Below, in pieces: positions 8,540-19,000 of a DNA stretch of 54,235 bases; position 1 is the stretch's first letter; each line of letters begins with the position of its first letter. The translations under genes were made by a program, and so were the position numbers. The notes under the pieces were generated by a model. It was not told where the DNA came from. It did no database searches and saw only the letters and a program-made list of their open reading frames with translations. This DNA comes from a virus (taxonomy: Duplodnaviria > Caudoviricetes), in IMG/VR virus record IMGVR_UViG_3300042934_000356, positions 1-54,235 of that record, one strand, 5' to 3'.

Positions 8540-9094
8540 TTACCATTTATATCCGCAACTTTTACATTCAAATGTCTTTCTTACTTTACTACTAAATAAT
8601 CCAAACATAGCACCACCAACTGCTTTTTCTGACAATGATATCTTCTTAATACTAGTAGAATTACAAGTTGGACATTTTGGAATATTTATATTTTGGGCAA
8701 CTGGCTGTGTATCTGTATAATTATAATATTTATTTTGTGGTGGTTGCGGTCTTACTCCTATATCTACTGGATTTTTATGTATATCTAATATTTCAATAGA
8801 AATTAAGTTGTTACAAAATGGTTGAGCAAGTTTTTTAACTTCATCATAAGATAAGTTTTCTGCCAAGATAACTGGTGAACTATCAACAATGTCTTTAGCT
8901 TCTTTCAAACCATAACCAAATAGTTCTCTAACTATTCTTATTGCTTTTATTTGAAGGGGCGTTTGATTAAGTTTCAACGTATATATATCAGATTCAATAT
9001 TATTTACATTCTTAATCGGACAACCACAATGGGGGCAGCTCACTGCCTTATCGGATATTTCCCTGTTACATTCTGGACAATTTATTAGTGCCAT
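8540..9094 (-). CDS. Zinc-ribbon / ribosomal L7/L12 C-terminal-like / zinc-ribbon protein
   Basis: CPEC..CPHC; IKAIRIVRELFGYGLKEAKDIVD; CPTC..CKSCGYKW; own TTGTCA-17-TATAAT promoter. Confidence 0.75.
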   Translation of the reverse strand: MALINCPECNREISDKAVSCPHCGCPIKNVNNIESDIYTLKLNQTPLQIKAIRIVRELFGYGLKEAKDIVDSSPVILAENLSYDEVKKLAQPFCNNLISIEILDIHKNPVDIGVRPQPPQNKYYNYTDTQPVAQNINIPKCPTCNSTSIKKISLSEKAVGGAMFGLFSSKVRKTFECKSCGYKW

Positions 9095-9168
9095 AAAATA
9101 CCACCCTTTTTTATTTTATTATATATCAGGTGGCATAATATGACAATAGAAGTGTAGATGTTTAAACC

Positions 9169-9378
9169 CTATCCTATTTTTATCTCAATTGAATCAACCT
9201 TATGAATGCCATTTTTAAGACAGAAAAAGCTTAAAATATAACCAAATAAATATATTGCAAGATATATATAGTTTCCACCCTGTAATATTAAATAAATACC
9301 AAATGGAAAAAACATTAGTAGTAGTAAAGTATATATAATCCATCCATAAATTTTGATTTTTAGTATTGTTGTTTCCAT
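9169..9378 (-). CDS. Small two-TM membrane protein
   Basis: AAGGAG RBS; two hydrophobic segments. Confidence 0.6.
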   Translation of the reverse strand: METTILKIKIYGWIIYTLLLLMFFPFGIYLILQGGNYIYLAIYLFGYILSFFCLKNGIHKVDSIEIKIG

Positions 9379-9395
9379 AATTTCTCCTTATTTTT

Positions 9396-9407
9396 GAACA
9401 AATGTTC
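9396..9407. promoter_or_regulatory. Putative LexA (Cheo) SOS box
   Basis: GAAC-AAAT-GTTC, a perfect Firmicutes core, just upstream of 9169..9378. Confidence 0.55.
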
Positions 9408-9482
9408 TGTATACCATATTTATCCATATTGTGATATTATAATTATACCTTGTGTCCGACATAAGCAGGAAAGGATACATAA

Positions 9483-9566
9483 GTGACCGATTTTTGTGCT
9501 ATAGTGTCTACTGTTACCGGAGTCATAGCTCTGGTGATTGCAATAGTAGACCATAAAAAGAAGTAG
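9483..9566 (+). CDS. Type I toxin-like peptide, 27 aa (MTDFCAIVSTVTGVIALVIAIVDHKKK), absent from the ORF track
   Basis: AGGAAAGGA RBS, GTG start, one TM helix, C-terminal DHKKK; the leader 9458-9467 is complementary to 9660-9669. Confidence 0.7.
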   Translation: MTDFCAIVSTVTGVIALVIAIVDHKKK

Positions 9567-9720
9567 TAATGAATTTTTAATTTTGTGCTATTAGTATACG
9601 GATTGGCTAAGTCATATATACTATGGGTGACTCCAGAACACAGTAATAAAACTACTCGTTGCTTATGTCTTAGGTATAGAAGGTGTAGGCTATAATGTAT
9701 ACGAATGCACGAAATGGGTA

Positions 9721-9748
9721 TTGACAAATTTTTTATATGTATTATAAT
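9721..9748 (+). promoter_or_regulatory. Consensus sigmaA promoter
   Basis: TTGACA-16 bp-TATAAT; the palindromic ATTATAAT also provides a minus-strand -10. Confidence 0.65.
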
Positions 9749-9754
9749 GAAGAT

Positions 9755-9895
9755 AGTACAAAAATCAAAAAAGTCATTGATGTAAACTTTTTGAGTCTGC
9801 ACATACAACCTAGTCAATTGTATGAATAACCAGATTTAAATCTTCATCATCAGAAGAAAGTGGTGCCTTAGAAATAGGGTGCCATTTTCTTTTGC
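9755..9895 (+). ncRNA. Candidate small RNA of about 140 nt
   Basis: Follows the consensus promoter; hairpins TCAAAAAAGT/ACTTTTTGA and CATACAA/TTGTATG; ends in a terminator near 9854-9895; no ORF with an RBS. Confidence 0.4.
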
Positions 9896-9949
9896 TTTAT
9901 ATTAATATTGCATTACAAAAGGCTGAGATTTCTCCCAGCCTAATTACTA

Positions 9950-10798
9950 TTAAGATTTAGTTGTTACTGTTTTAGTATATAAAACATTTGAAATAGACTT
10001 GTTTTGCTGAGTTACTAAATCTGGTATGTTATTCTGAATTATCTCAATTTTGTATTTGGTCTTGGGATCTAGTTTGGTTATAGTGTTTTTGGTGTATTCT
10101 TTTCCATTGACTTTGAAGGTATAACGATTATCATTGTTATTAAGGTTGATTTTAATAGAATCTTTGGTAACTGTAATCTTGGGAGCTATGGTAAAATTTA
10201 CGATGAATTGACTGTCAATTACATTGAATTTTATTTCAGAAGGAGTAAATCTAAAATTCACTAATGTATATCCAATCCTTGTGTTATATATATTTTTTGA
10301 AAAACGGATATCACCACTAACTTTTCTTCCAATATAATCTGTTATATTCAAATCATCTTTTATTTTAGAATCATATGATATAGAAGTATACTTATCTATT
10401 CTATTATCTAAGCTATTCACTTCAAAAATTTTAGAATCTTCATATAATATTGTTGGATCAAATTTAACAACCTTTAAATTAATTGTATGTGTAATCAAAA
10501 AATCACTACCATTATGAAAAAAGGTAAGAGTGTACTGTGATGTATTTAAATTGACAGTTCCCCCAGAATACATAACATTAAAATCATCAATAGAATACTC
10601 TTTGTTATTATGGATTATCTTACCAGTAATTGAAAAATCACTCGTCATTGGGAAGTCTCCTTCCATATATGATTTATCATTAGTTATTTCTCCATAAAAC
10701 CCATTTTCTAAAGTTTCTTCAGCAGCTTCAACATGTAAAGAAGACAAAGAAATTCCAATAAATAAAAACATTAGGCATAAACTTATTTTAAGTTTCAT
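9950..10798 (-). CDS. Secreted/surface protein with signal peptide and C-terminal FN3-like domain
   Basis: MKLK-hydrophobic-VEA signal peptide; ITKLDPKTKYKIEI motif; own TTGACA promoter. Confidence 0.65.
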   Translation of the reverse strand: MKLKISLCLMFLFIGISLSSLHVEAAEETLENGFYGEITNDKSYMEGDFPMTSDFSITGKIIHNNKEYSIDDFNVMYSGGTVNLNTSQYTLTFFHNGSDFLITHTINLKVVKFDPTILYEDSKIFEVNSLDNRIDKYTSISYDSKIKDDLNITDYIGRKVSGDIRFSKNIYNTRIGYTLVNFRFTPSEIKFNVIDSQFIVNFTIAPKITVTKDSIKINLNNNDNRYTFKVNGKEYTKNTITKLDPKTKYKIEIIQNNIPDLVTQQNKSISNVLYTKTVTTKS

Positions 10799-10886
10799 TA
10801 TACCCCTCCTCGTTATTAAATTATATATAAATAAGTATAAACATTATTATCATAACTTGTCAATCTTTACATATTGCTAACTTAAA

Positions 10887-13800
10887 TTATATTCCTATTT
10901 TTGCTATTATTTTTTGTATCATAAGAGTATTCCAAGCATGCATGTTTTCATAATTTACTACATGAATTTTTCCGTCTAATAAATATTGCCCTTCATCTAG
11001 ATTATCTCTTTTATCTCTAATTTCTATAATATTATAATCTAAAGCACTATACCCATATTTTTCAAATGCAGACTCTATTTCTTGCGCTAAGAATCCAAAG
11101 TGCGTGCCTTCACCATATCCCTTGCACTTAAATTCATACATTTTTGGTTTAAGTTCCATAAATAATCCATAGGGCAATTCTTCTAACGATTTAATATTTT
11201 TTTTCAATCTAAAATCTGAAGAACTTTTTCGTTGAAAATTATTATCAACCCAGTTATATCCTGCGGCTCTAGCACCATTAAATTGAATATATCCATCAGT
11301 TGAATCATCTGCTGGAATTATATTTGTATGAATATTATATGTGGTTAAAACTATTTGCCCTCCTGAGTAAACCGTTTGTCCAGATATCGTCCCAAATGTA
11401 CCAGAAGATGCGCTCATTCCTCCGTTTGCTGTTAATGCTCCACTTAATGTCATTGTTTTAAAAGTTCCATCACCATTTTCACATTTAACTCCTGTACAAA
11501 CAATATTTCCATTGGTAATTAAAAGTTCATTAGCACCATTATTATAAATTCCTATCTGTTTAGCTCCTATAAAAGTATATCCGGCAGAATCGTCAGAAAA
11601 ATCATTTGAATTCATTGGTTTTACTTTTATATAATTTGTAGTTATGTATCCATTTTGAATTAGTGTTTTTTGATATATAGAATCTCTATAACCAGTAGAT
11701 GTCAACGTACTACCGCTTATTGTACTACCTGTTATATTTGTACCTGTTACAGTTCCGCCAGTAATTGTACCACCATTAATATAAGAACCAGATATAGTCC
11801 CTCCGGTTAGAGTTCCATTAACGGTTAAATCCCCAAGAGTACCACCTGTAGCATTAATGTATCCCTCAATATTCAACCTATTATTAACCGTATCTACATA
11901 TAGCTTGTTACTTCCATTAACTGCAATCCTGAAAATTGAGCTAGGAGTATTAGGGTTAATTCCCACTGTATACGTATTTCCATTCAATATAGAAGTAGCT
12001 GTAAACCCATTGTTATTAATATTAAAAGTACCAGATTCATTTATAATAGAAAGATTCTGTCCAAGAAGTAAATCTCCACAAATCAAAGGTGCCCATACTC
12101 CGTACATTGTTTGTCCATTATAAGTACCTTCTCCAATAGCCATTTCAACAGACTGCCAAGAATCTCTTGTTAAATACCATCCGTTACTCGTTCCCCACAT
12201 CTGATTAGGAGAATAATTGTCTGTACCATCAATCAGCTTCCGTAGTTTGACTCCGGTTGAATCTGCTACAAATGTTTCGTTAGATGAATTTTTTAACTTT
12301 TGATTAGCCAAATTAAGTGTAGAAGACATATATTGACTGAATGTACTTGTCTTATTCTTAGCAGTATTCCAACCAGTTCCACTTATATTGTAAGCCGTAG
12401 AAACACCATTTGCCTGTGATTGTATTTCTGCTAATTGCTCGAAAACACCATCTAATCTATTTTTACTGCCAAATGTCAAGCTGAAGTCCTCTGGGTTGTC
12501 CCAGTTCATATGTATTTTTAGAAGCCTTGATTCAACTAAAACTCCATTTCCAAAATCTAATGTGATTATATTTCCTAATTCCAATTGGTCTGTATACTCT
12601 TTAAATTCTGGGATGGCTGCAAAGTTAACAGCATCTACTTCAATTTGGTATTGTGGTTTACATCTTTTAGCTAAATCAGATTGGGCTAAAGCAAGTAAAT
12701 CTTTCTTCATTTGCAGCACTTCACTTGTTGTCATAGCATCAGTAGCAACAAATGTGTCATCTGTAAAGGTATCTTCGTGATAATATCTACTTAGTTCCTT
12801 ATATAATTCATCTCCCAAAAAATCATGGATATTAAGTACAAGAGATTGACACAGAGCAGATTGATTATCTATTTGTGTTTCTTTAGAGGATATTTGATTT
12901 TTTCTTACTATAATTTCATTATCAACCGCAATATAGTAATTGTACGCAACACTATAATTAGGATTGCTTGTATCGTTTATGGCAACATAATCTGCCATTG
13001 TATTATTATAAGTATTATGTTTTACATTTAACTCTTTTAAACCATATTCCGACCAATTTGTGCTGCCAGGAGTTGATGGCAATTTATTATATAAATCATT
13101 TAACTCTGCATAATAAGATTGGAGAGTAGTAATAGCATTATTAAAAACTGTCTGCCTGTTATTATACTCGATCTGATAAGCATCTAACCTATTTTGCAGT
13201 GCAGTACTCATCCAAGGTTTATAATAACTAAAGTTTGTTATTTGATTATTACCAGATGGATTAACTTCAATTATCCCAAGAGTACTTCCATTATCATCCC
13301 CACCAGCTACTGTATAGACTGTTTTTATATCACTAAAATTAGCAGATTGGCTAATTGACTTTACAAGATTTCTATAAGAAAGATAAATGCTTGTCACTTG
13401 ACCTATGTTCTCTAATTTATAAGCATTTACCGTTTGATTGTATGTATCAAATTGAAATATACACTCAAAAGTTTTACTAACATCCTCAACCAGAAAGGAG
13501 TATGCTCCCACCTCATCATTAGTAAAAGTCCTGTATTCCTGAGTAATCATCGGGTCAACATGTCCAATTGACCATGAAGGAAGTTTCTTCTGCCAAATAT
13601 GTAATATACTATGTTCTGGGTCTGCAATACTATATAGTCTATATCTATCTAATCCACCCTGTTCATCATCATCTGTTCCTAATTGACCAAATGATGTAAG
13701 GGTTTTAGACGTTGCTTCATTTTCCAAGGATGAAACATTGACTTCTTTATATTCATAATTAGTTCCATATCCATATTTGTCAGCCTTTGTAATTTGAAAC

Positions 13801-14033
13801 CATCCTAAATAGGTGATCTCTACTAACCTTAACATTTCAATACTTTCATAATTGGACGTTTCTATTCCATCCTCATATTTATATACTTTGAAAGTAGCGG
13901 TTGATATATTATTAAAGCACATGTCAGATTGTAATTCTCTTGCTTGTATTGTACCTAAATGATTTTTATTAGGATCTGCCAAATATATAAATGGTCTTTC
14001 TAATCTTTTAAAATAATCTAAACTATAAGACAT
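10887..14033 (-). CDS. Tal/tail-spike protein with C-terminal peptidase S74 intramolecular chaperone
   Basis: Follows Dit; C-terminal SSDFRLKKNI..L...LKPK.Y...GFLAQE motif; G/T-rich beta repeats. Confidence 0.85.
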   Translation of the reverse strand: MSYSLDYFKRLERPFIYLADPNKNHLGTIQARELQSDMCFNNISTATFKVYKYEDGIETSNYESIEMLRLVEITYLGWFQITKADKYGYGTNYEYKEVNVSSLENEATSKTLTSFGQLGTDDDEQGGLDRYRLYSIADPEHSILHIWQKKLPSWSIGHVDPMITQEYRTFTNDEVGAYSFLVEDVSKTFECIFQFDTYNQTVNAYKLENIGQVTSIYLSYRNLVKSISQSANFSDIKTVYTVAGGDDNGSTLGIIEVNPSGNNQITNFSYYKPWMSTALQNRLDAYQIEYNNRQTVFNNAITTLQSYYAELNDLYNKLPSTPGSTNWSEYGLKELNVKHNTYNNTMADYVAINDTSNPNYSVAYNYYIAVDNEIIVRKNQISSKETQIDNQSALCQSLVLNIHDFLGDELYKELSRYYHEDTFTDDTFVATDAMTTSEVLQMKKDLLALAQSDLAKRCKPQYQIEVDAVNFAAIPEFKEYTDQLELGNIITLDFGNGVLVESRLLKIHMNWDNPEDFSLTFGSKNRLDGVFEQLAEIQSQANGVSTAYNISGTGWNTAKNKTSTFSQYMSSTLNLANQKLKNSSNETFVADSTGVKLRKLIDGTDNYSPNQMWGTSNGWYLTRDSWQSVEMAIGEGTYNGQTMYGVWAPLICGDLLLGQNLSIINESGTFNINNNGFTATSILNGNTYTVGINPNTPSSIFRIAVNGSNKLYVDTVNNRLNIEGYINATGGTLGDLTVNGTLTGGTISGSYINGGTITGGTVTGTNITGSTISGSTLTSTGYRDSIYQKTLIQNGYITTNYIKVKPMNSNDFSDDSAGYTFIGAKQIGIYNNGANELLITNGNIVCTGVKCENGDGTFKTMTLSGALTANGGMSASSGTFGTISGQTVYSGGQIVLTTYNIHTNIIPADDSTDGYIQFNGARAAGYNWVDNNFQRKSSSDFRLKKNIKSLEELPYGLFMELKPKMYEFKCKGYGEGTHFGFLAQEIESAFEKYGYSALDYNIIEIRDKRDNLDEGQYLLDGKIHVVNYENMHAWNTLMIQKIIAKIGI

Positions 14034-14809
14034 CAGACACCGACCTTTCTAGCTTCTTGATAGGAGAGTGTGAGAGTGCATGGATTGCTTACTGTTAAAA
14101 TATTCATACCATCAACTAATCTTATCCAATTTTTATTAAATGCGTCCCATACTTTGTGACTGGATAATGAAGTGTTTATTAATGGAATACTACCTATAAC
14201 CGAAATAACCTCTCCATTAGCTATATTAGTAATAGAAAATACTTTTACATCGTTACTATTGGATATACTAAGAGTTCCTATTGCATTTGATACTATGGAC
14301 ATATCAGGATAGATATAATCGTCATCATCATGATTTATAAATAATCTGATTTGCTGGTTAGCAGTAGTGATATTAAATGTCTTTTTAATTAACCTGGTAT
14401 GAGCAAATGGGTACTTACAGGTTACAGTGAATTCCATTCCATACACTTTTCCAACTCTTACTATTTTAGGATTTGAAATATTTACTTTCAAAACAAGGTC
14501 AAGAAATCTATCATCATCTATTTCAAAATCAACATATTTGCCACGCTTGCACAAGCACTTATTTAATTCTCTCTCTTGTACCTGAGTAATATTAGTAAAA
14601 TCTTTATTTAGTACTTGAAATGTAAAAGATAGAGGAGAAGAGTAGTCTTGATTCACAATATGAAACGCTGAACTATTACTAGCTTTGGCTGTTTCAATAT
14701 TGGTTTCTCCTGTACTACTAACTGTTTCTAAACCTATCTGATTAAATGAAGCACATATTATTCCAAGACTATCACTCGAAATTTTGTCTGCTATAAAACT
14801 ACAAAACAT
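14033..14809 (-). CDS. Distal tail protein (Dit)
   Basis: Lies between tape measure and Tal; C.YPFAH, YIYP, FNKNWIRL..G.N motifs. Confidence 0.8.
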   Translation of the reverse strand: MFCSFIADKISSDSLGIICASFNQIGLETVSSTGETNIETAKASNSSAFHIVNQDYSSPLSFTFQVLNKDFTNITQVQERELNKCLCKRGKYVDFEIDDDRFLDLVLKVNISNPKIVRVGKVYGMEFTVTCKYPFAHTRLIKKTFNITTANQQIRLFINHDDDDYIYPDMSIVSNAIGTLSISNSNDVKVFSITNIANGEVISVIGSIPLINTSLSSHKVWDAFNKNWIRLVDGMNILTVSNPCTLTLSYQEARKVGV

Positions 14810-14950
14810 TAAATCACTCCTCTCTATATTATTTTCGCATCAAAAAACACTCTTCAAATCCAAAAGTGCTACAGGGTTTATCAGTGTTTTTATAACAAAA
14901 ATCTTTTTCAATCTTTGTATATGTACAAAAAATCGCTTCTTCTTTTATAA

Positions 14951-15030
14951 TTTTATTTCAATTTGCTACAACTATTGACATAGTCAATAAATAATGCTAT
15001 CATTTATGGTAAATAATACCTATAAGGAGG
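14951..15030 (+). promoter_or_regulatory. Moron promoter/leader module, copy B
   Basis: TTGACA(14975)-17 bp-TATCAT, TATGGTAAATAATACCT, AAGGAGG; homologous to 5433-5510. Confidence 0.75.
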
Positions 15031-15040
15031 ATTTTTTTTT

Positions 15041-15688
15041 ATGCCAAATATCGCATTACAAGATTTAACCGCAATGATTCACAGTACATCTCGTTATAAT
15101 GGTGGTCAATATGATTTAGTACATGTTGAAACCATTATTACAACAGATTCCCCAATTCCACAAGATAAATATTGGTATGTCCCAAGTGGAGTGACTTCAA
15201 ACCCAATAGCAGATACTATTTTTAAATCACTAAATATGTCAATGTATCCAACATCAGAAGAAGAACTTCTAGCAGGAACAGAAGATATATTTGAACAAGC
15301 CAAGTCTGGAAATTTCGATGGTACTTTAGAAGATTCTTCAAAATTAATGATGCTTTCATTAATGAAAAAACAATCTATTGAGCCATTGGTTGGTGCAACA
15401 AACTGTTATAGATTAGCATATGATTACAAGATATTCCCAGTAAGCAATAATTTTGATTTTAAAGTGCAATTACCTTTTAGTGGTCTTGGGATGGCAAATG
15501 GCAGTATTGTTCAGATGACAATAATCATGCCATTAAGTTCTGTAATTGATGCTGAAGCAACAGAAGGTATTGCTGTAAATGGGCAAAAAATTGAAGAATT
15601 AGTTACACCTATTACGAATATAAATCGTAATATTATTAGTTTTAGATATCAAAATGATCCTATTTTTACAATCAGATACCATTATTAA
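15041..15688 (+). CDS. Hypothetical moron protein, 215 aa, no family recognised
   Basis: Antisense to the late genes, with its own promoter, RBS and terminator (about 15695-15731). Confidence 0.8.
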   Translation: MPNIALQDLTAMIHSTSRYNGGQYDLVHVETIITTDSPIPQDKYWYVPSGVTSNPIADTIFKSLNMSMYPTSEEELLAGTEDIFEQAKSGNFDGTLEDSSKLMMLSLMKKQSIEPLVGATNCYRLAYDYKIFPVSNNFDFKVQLPFSGLGMANGSIVQMTIIMPLSSVIDAEATEGIAVNGQKIEELVTPITNINRNIISFRYQNDPIFTIRYHY

Positions 15689-15734
15689 TCTTAAGGGGAG
15701 AGTGTAATATCAATACTCTCCCCCGTTCTTTACT

Positions 15735-15905
15735 TTACTTCTCGAAATTAGCTTTCTGCATTACAATACCAGCCTTGGCTATTAAATTAATATCATTAGT
15801 GCTGACTATGATTTCATATAATCCAGCAATAATGTTATTTTTTCTTTCAATATTTTCATTTAATATATCTATCTCATTTTCTGAGTTTATTAATTCGTTA
15901 ATCAT
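15735..15905 (-). CDS. Small hypothetical protein, about 56 aa (MINELINSENEID...)
   Basis: GGAGG RBS and ATG at 15905; shorter than the ORF-track cutoff. Confidence 0.5.
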   Translation of the reverse strand: MINELINSENEIDILNENIERKNNIIAGLYEIIVSTNDINLIAKAGIVMQKANFEK

Positions 15906-16047
15906 TATAAATCCTCCATTAAAAATTAATATGTTTTCATCGTCAGAAACATCCTTTATATGAATAAAACATAATATAATTTATAGTTCCATTTTTATCG
16001 ATTGAAAGACTGCATCTTAATAAAAGATAAAAACACAGTCTTACAAA

Positions 16048-19000
16048 TTAGTGCTTTTGATTCCACAATGAAATTAAAGTTTGATTTCCTTTTTCAACTG
16101 CTTTCTGTGCTATTAATTCAAGCTGTTTAATGTTAGATGAATCAACATTTCCTTCTACTTTTATTAAACTATCATACTGAATATTTATAGGATTGCTATT
16201 TTGAATATTAGGATAATTATTATTTCCAGAAATAGAATCAATAGCTGGCTTTATCATAGGGGCATATCCCAACAATGTCTTAAACTGTTCCGTTTGAGCA
16301 GAAGACAACATAGCTTCATCTCTCTTCATTAGAGTGAAACCTTCATCTTCAAGAGAATTTACAAGTTTTCCGGTACCACCTTGACTAAACCCAGCTTTTT
16401 TCATAGCTGCTATCAACTTGGCATTTTGCGAATCAGTTCCTGTATAACTTCCACTCAATCCAAAATATTTGTATAGTTTACTTCTTGCTGAAGATGAAGA
16501 ATCTAAATCATTATACTTTAACCTATCTACAATTGATGTATCTTTATTGAGAGATGATTTATTACCAGTGTATTTTACAGTCGAAATTGGAAGTTTTGAA
16601 CTAGATGTAGAACCTGTACTTGAAGATTTAGAAGTAGATGCGTTGCCTTTAGTACCTGCCCCACTTGCTGCGCCACCAGATGATGAACCTTTCCCAGCTC
16701 CAGAACCACCGGAGCCATCAGAATCCCCACCTGTTTTGGGGACGCCATCAGCACCGTTATCCTTTGGTAATCCATCTAAAGCTACTTTATATAAATCTAT
16801 TGCGGTTTTAGCCTTTTCCCAAGGACTTACAACACTATTAGTAACGTTTAAACCATGCTCAGAAGCAAGAGTCTGTATTCCAGTACTTATTTCTGTGGTA
16901 TTAGAATAAACCTCATTTAAAGCACTTTTTACCAAAGCTTCTTGGTCATTCAATGATTTTTCAAGAGCAGCAACCTTTTCATCTTGTGATTTCTTATAAG
17001 AATCATATTCATCGTCTAAAGCGTCTGATTGTGCTTCTATAGAATGTTGATATTGTTCTTCATCTAAGTCTGCTTGCTGGTCTTTTAAATCTTTTTCCAA
17101 CTTAAGTCTTTTAGCAATATCGCTTCTCTCAGTACTTGACTTTAGAGCTGCTATCTGTTTCTGTAAAGTATCAATAGATTTTTGCTTTTTATTTATAGAT
17201 TCCTGATAGTCATGTAAATCTTTCTCGGCTTGTAAAGCTTCTTTTTTCGCATCTACCAATTCTTTAAAAGCATCGGTTTCCTTATTTATAGCATCAATTT
17301 CAAATTGTATTCTTTGTTTGGCAATTTCTGCAATGGAATCCTCTAATGCCTGGTTATCTTTAACAGCTTGTCTCTGTAAACCCTGATAATTTGCAAGTTC
17401 TTCATTATATTGATCTTGAGTAATAGTTCCATTCTTAAGTTCATTCCCAATCTTTTTAATAGCTTTTCCATACTCAGAAGCAAGTTTAGTATTAGTATTC
17501 ATCTGCTGAGATAATAATCCTAACTTAGTCAATCCTGCTTCTGTATAATTACCTTTGTCGTCTAATATTTCAGAATCTCTAATCATATCAGATAAATCAG
17601 ATAGCTCATTTTTAATGTTATTAACTTTGGTTATACCCTTATCAAAACCCTTCCAATCAAGCTCCCGAATTTCAGTTTTATAATTATAAACTGCCGACTG
17701 TGACTCATTTATTGCTTTAGTCAAATCATTTATTTCAGACAATCCTTTAAGGTACTCAGGGCTGTTTTTTGTAATATCACCATTTTTTACTTGCTCATTA
17801 AATTGTTTAGTGTAAGCAGCCAATTCTTTTTGACTATTTTTTTTATCATCATTTTGTAATTTAATTAATGCTTTATAATCATGTTTGGTTGGGCTTTTAC
17901 CACTATCGGTTTTTAATAATACTTCAGATTCTTTTCTTGAAATCTTTGCACTAATATAATCATTTCTGTCTCCAAAGTATTCAGTAATATTGGTTAATTT
18001 CTGTGCATTAAGCTCCTTAATTTTATCATTAATGTTTTTGATTTCATCAGCAACACCAGCAGCTGCTTCTTTCCACTTTTGATATTCTTCAATCTTTTTA
18101 GCAAGTGCTTCGTTTTTTATGGTCTGAATATTAAAGCCACCATTATTAACAAGATCTTGATATTTCTTTGGTAATTTAACCTTATCAGCCATCTTATTAT
18201 AAGATTTCATTAAAGATGTAAGACTCTTTTTCTCGTCAACTTGAGCGGTAATAGCAATTTTAAGTTGATTATTCTGACTCTTATAATAAATGTATTTGCT
18301 TACATCATCAATTGCTTTTTGAGCCTTTTCTTTGAGTTTATCAATGCGAATTGCTATCCAATCGAATACTTGCGAAAATTCATTTTTCGTTTTATCTTTG
18401 GTTTTCTTTTGCTTGTCACTGGTTGAACTAATACCACCTATTATTTTAGATGTATAATCAGTACCTTCAAAAATACTTTTTAATTCATTATAATTTTTTT
18501 GTGCAGAAGTAGCTTCACTTGATAATTCCTTTAATTTCTTTTTCTGCCCATCTAAAAAAGTGCTATTTGGATTACTCAAATTACCAATTCCAAAAATATT
18601 CAAGTCATTTGATTGCTTTATAATGGGGTCGTTATTTGTTTGTAATTCGGCTTCTAGTCCAATTAATCTGGCTCTTTGAGTATAATATTCTCCCCATTTT
18701 TTATTTAATTCTGTTAATAACGTACCATCTATATCAGCTTTCGCTTGCGCTAATGATTGCCAATTTTTGATATCAATCTTATAGTCATCTGATAATTTAT
18801 TTATTCTATTCTCATTATTTTTAACTATAGTTTTAAATAAATCTGTATCCATTTCCAGAACTGATTTATAGTAATCTTCAGCCGTCTTTTTTTGTTCTTT
18901 TATAGCTTTCTGAAGTTCTTCTCTTAATTGAGCCTCATCACTAACATACTTGAGCAACTTAGGATATTTCTGCGAAATAGTATCAAGACTATCAGATGTT

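Noticed and set aside
9443-9817. 124-aa minus-strand ORF
   Set aside because: No RBS or recognisable domain; it overlaps the better-supported toxin peptide and promoters.
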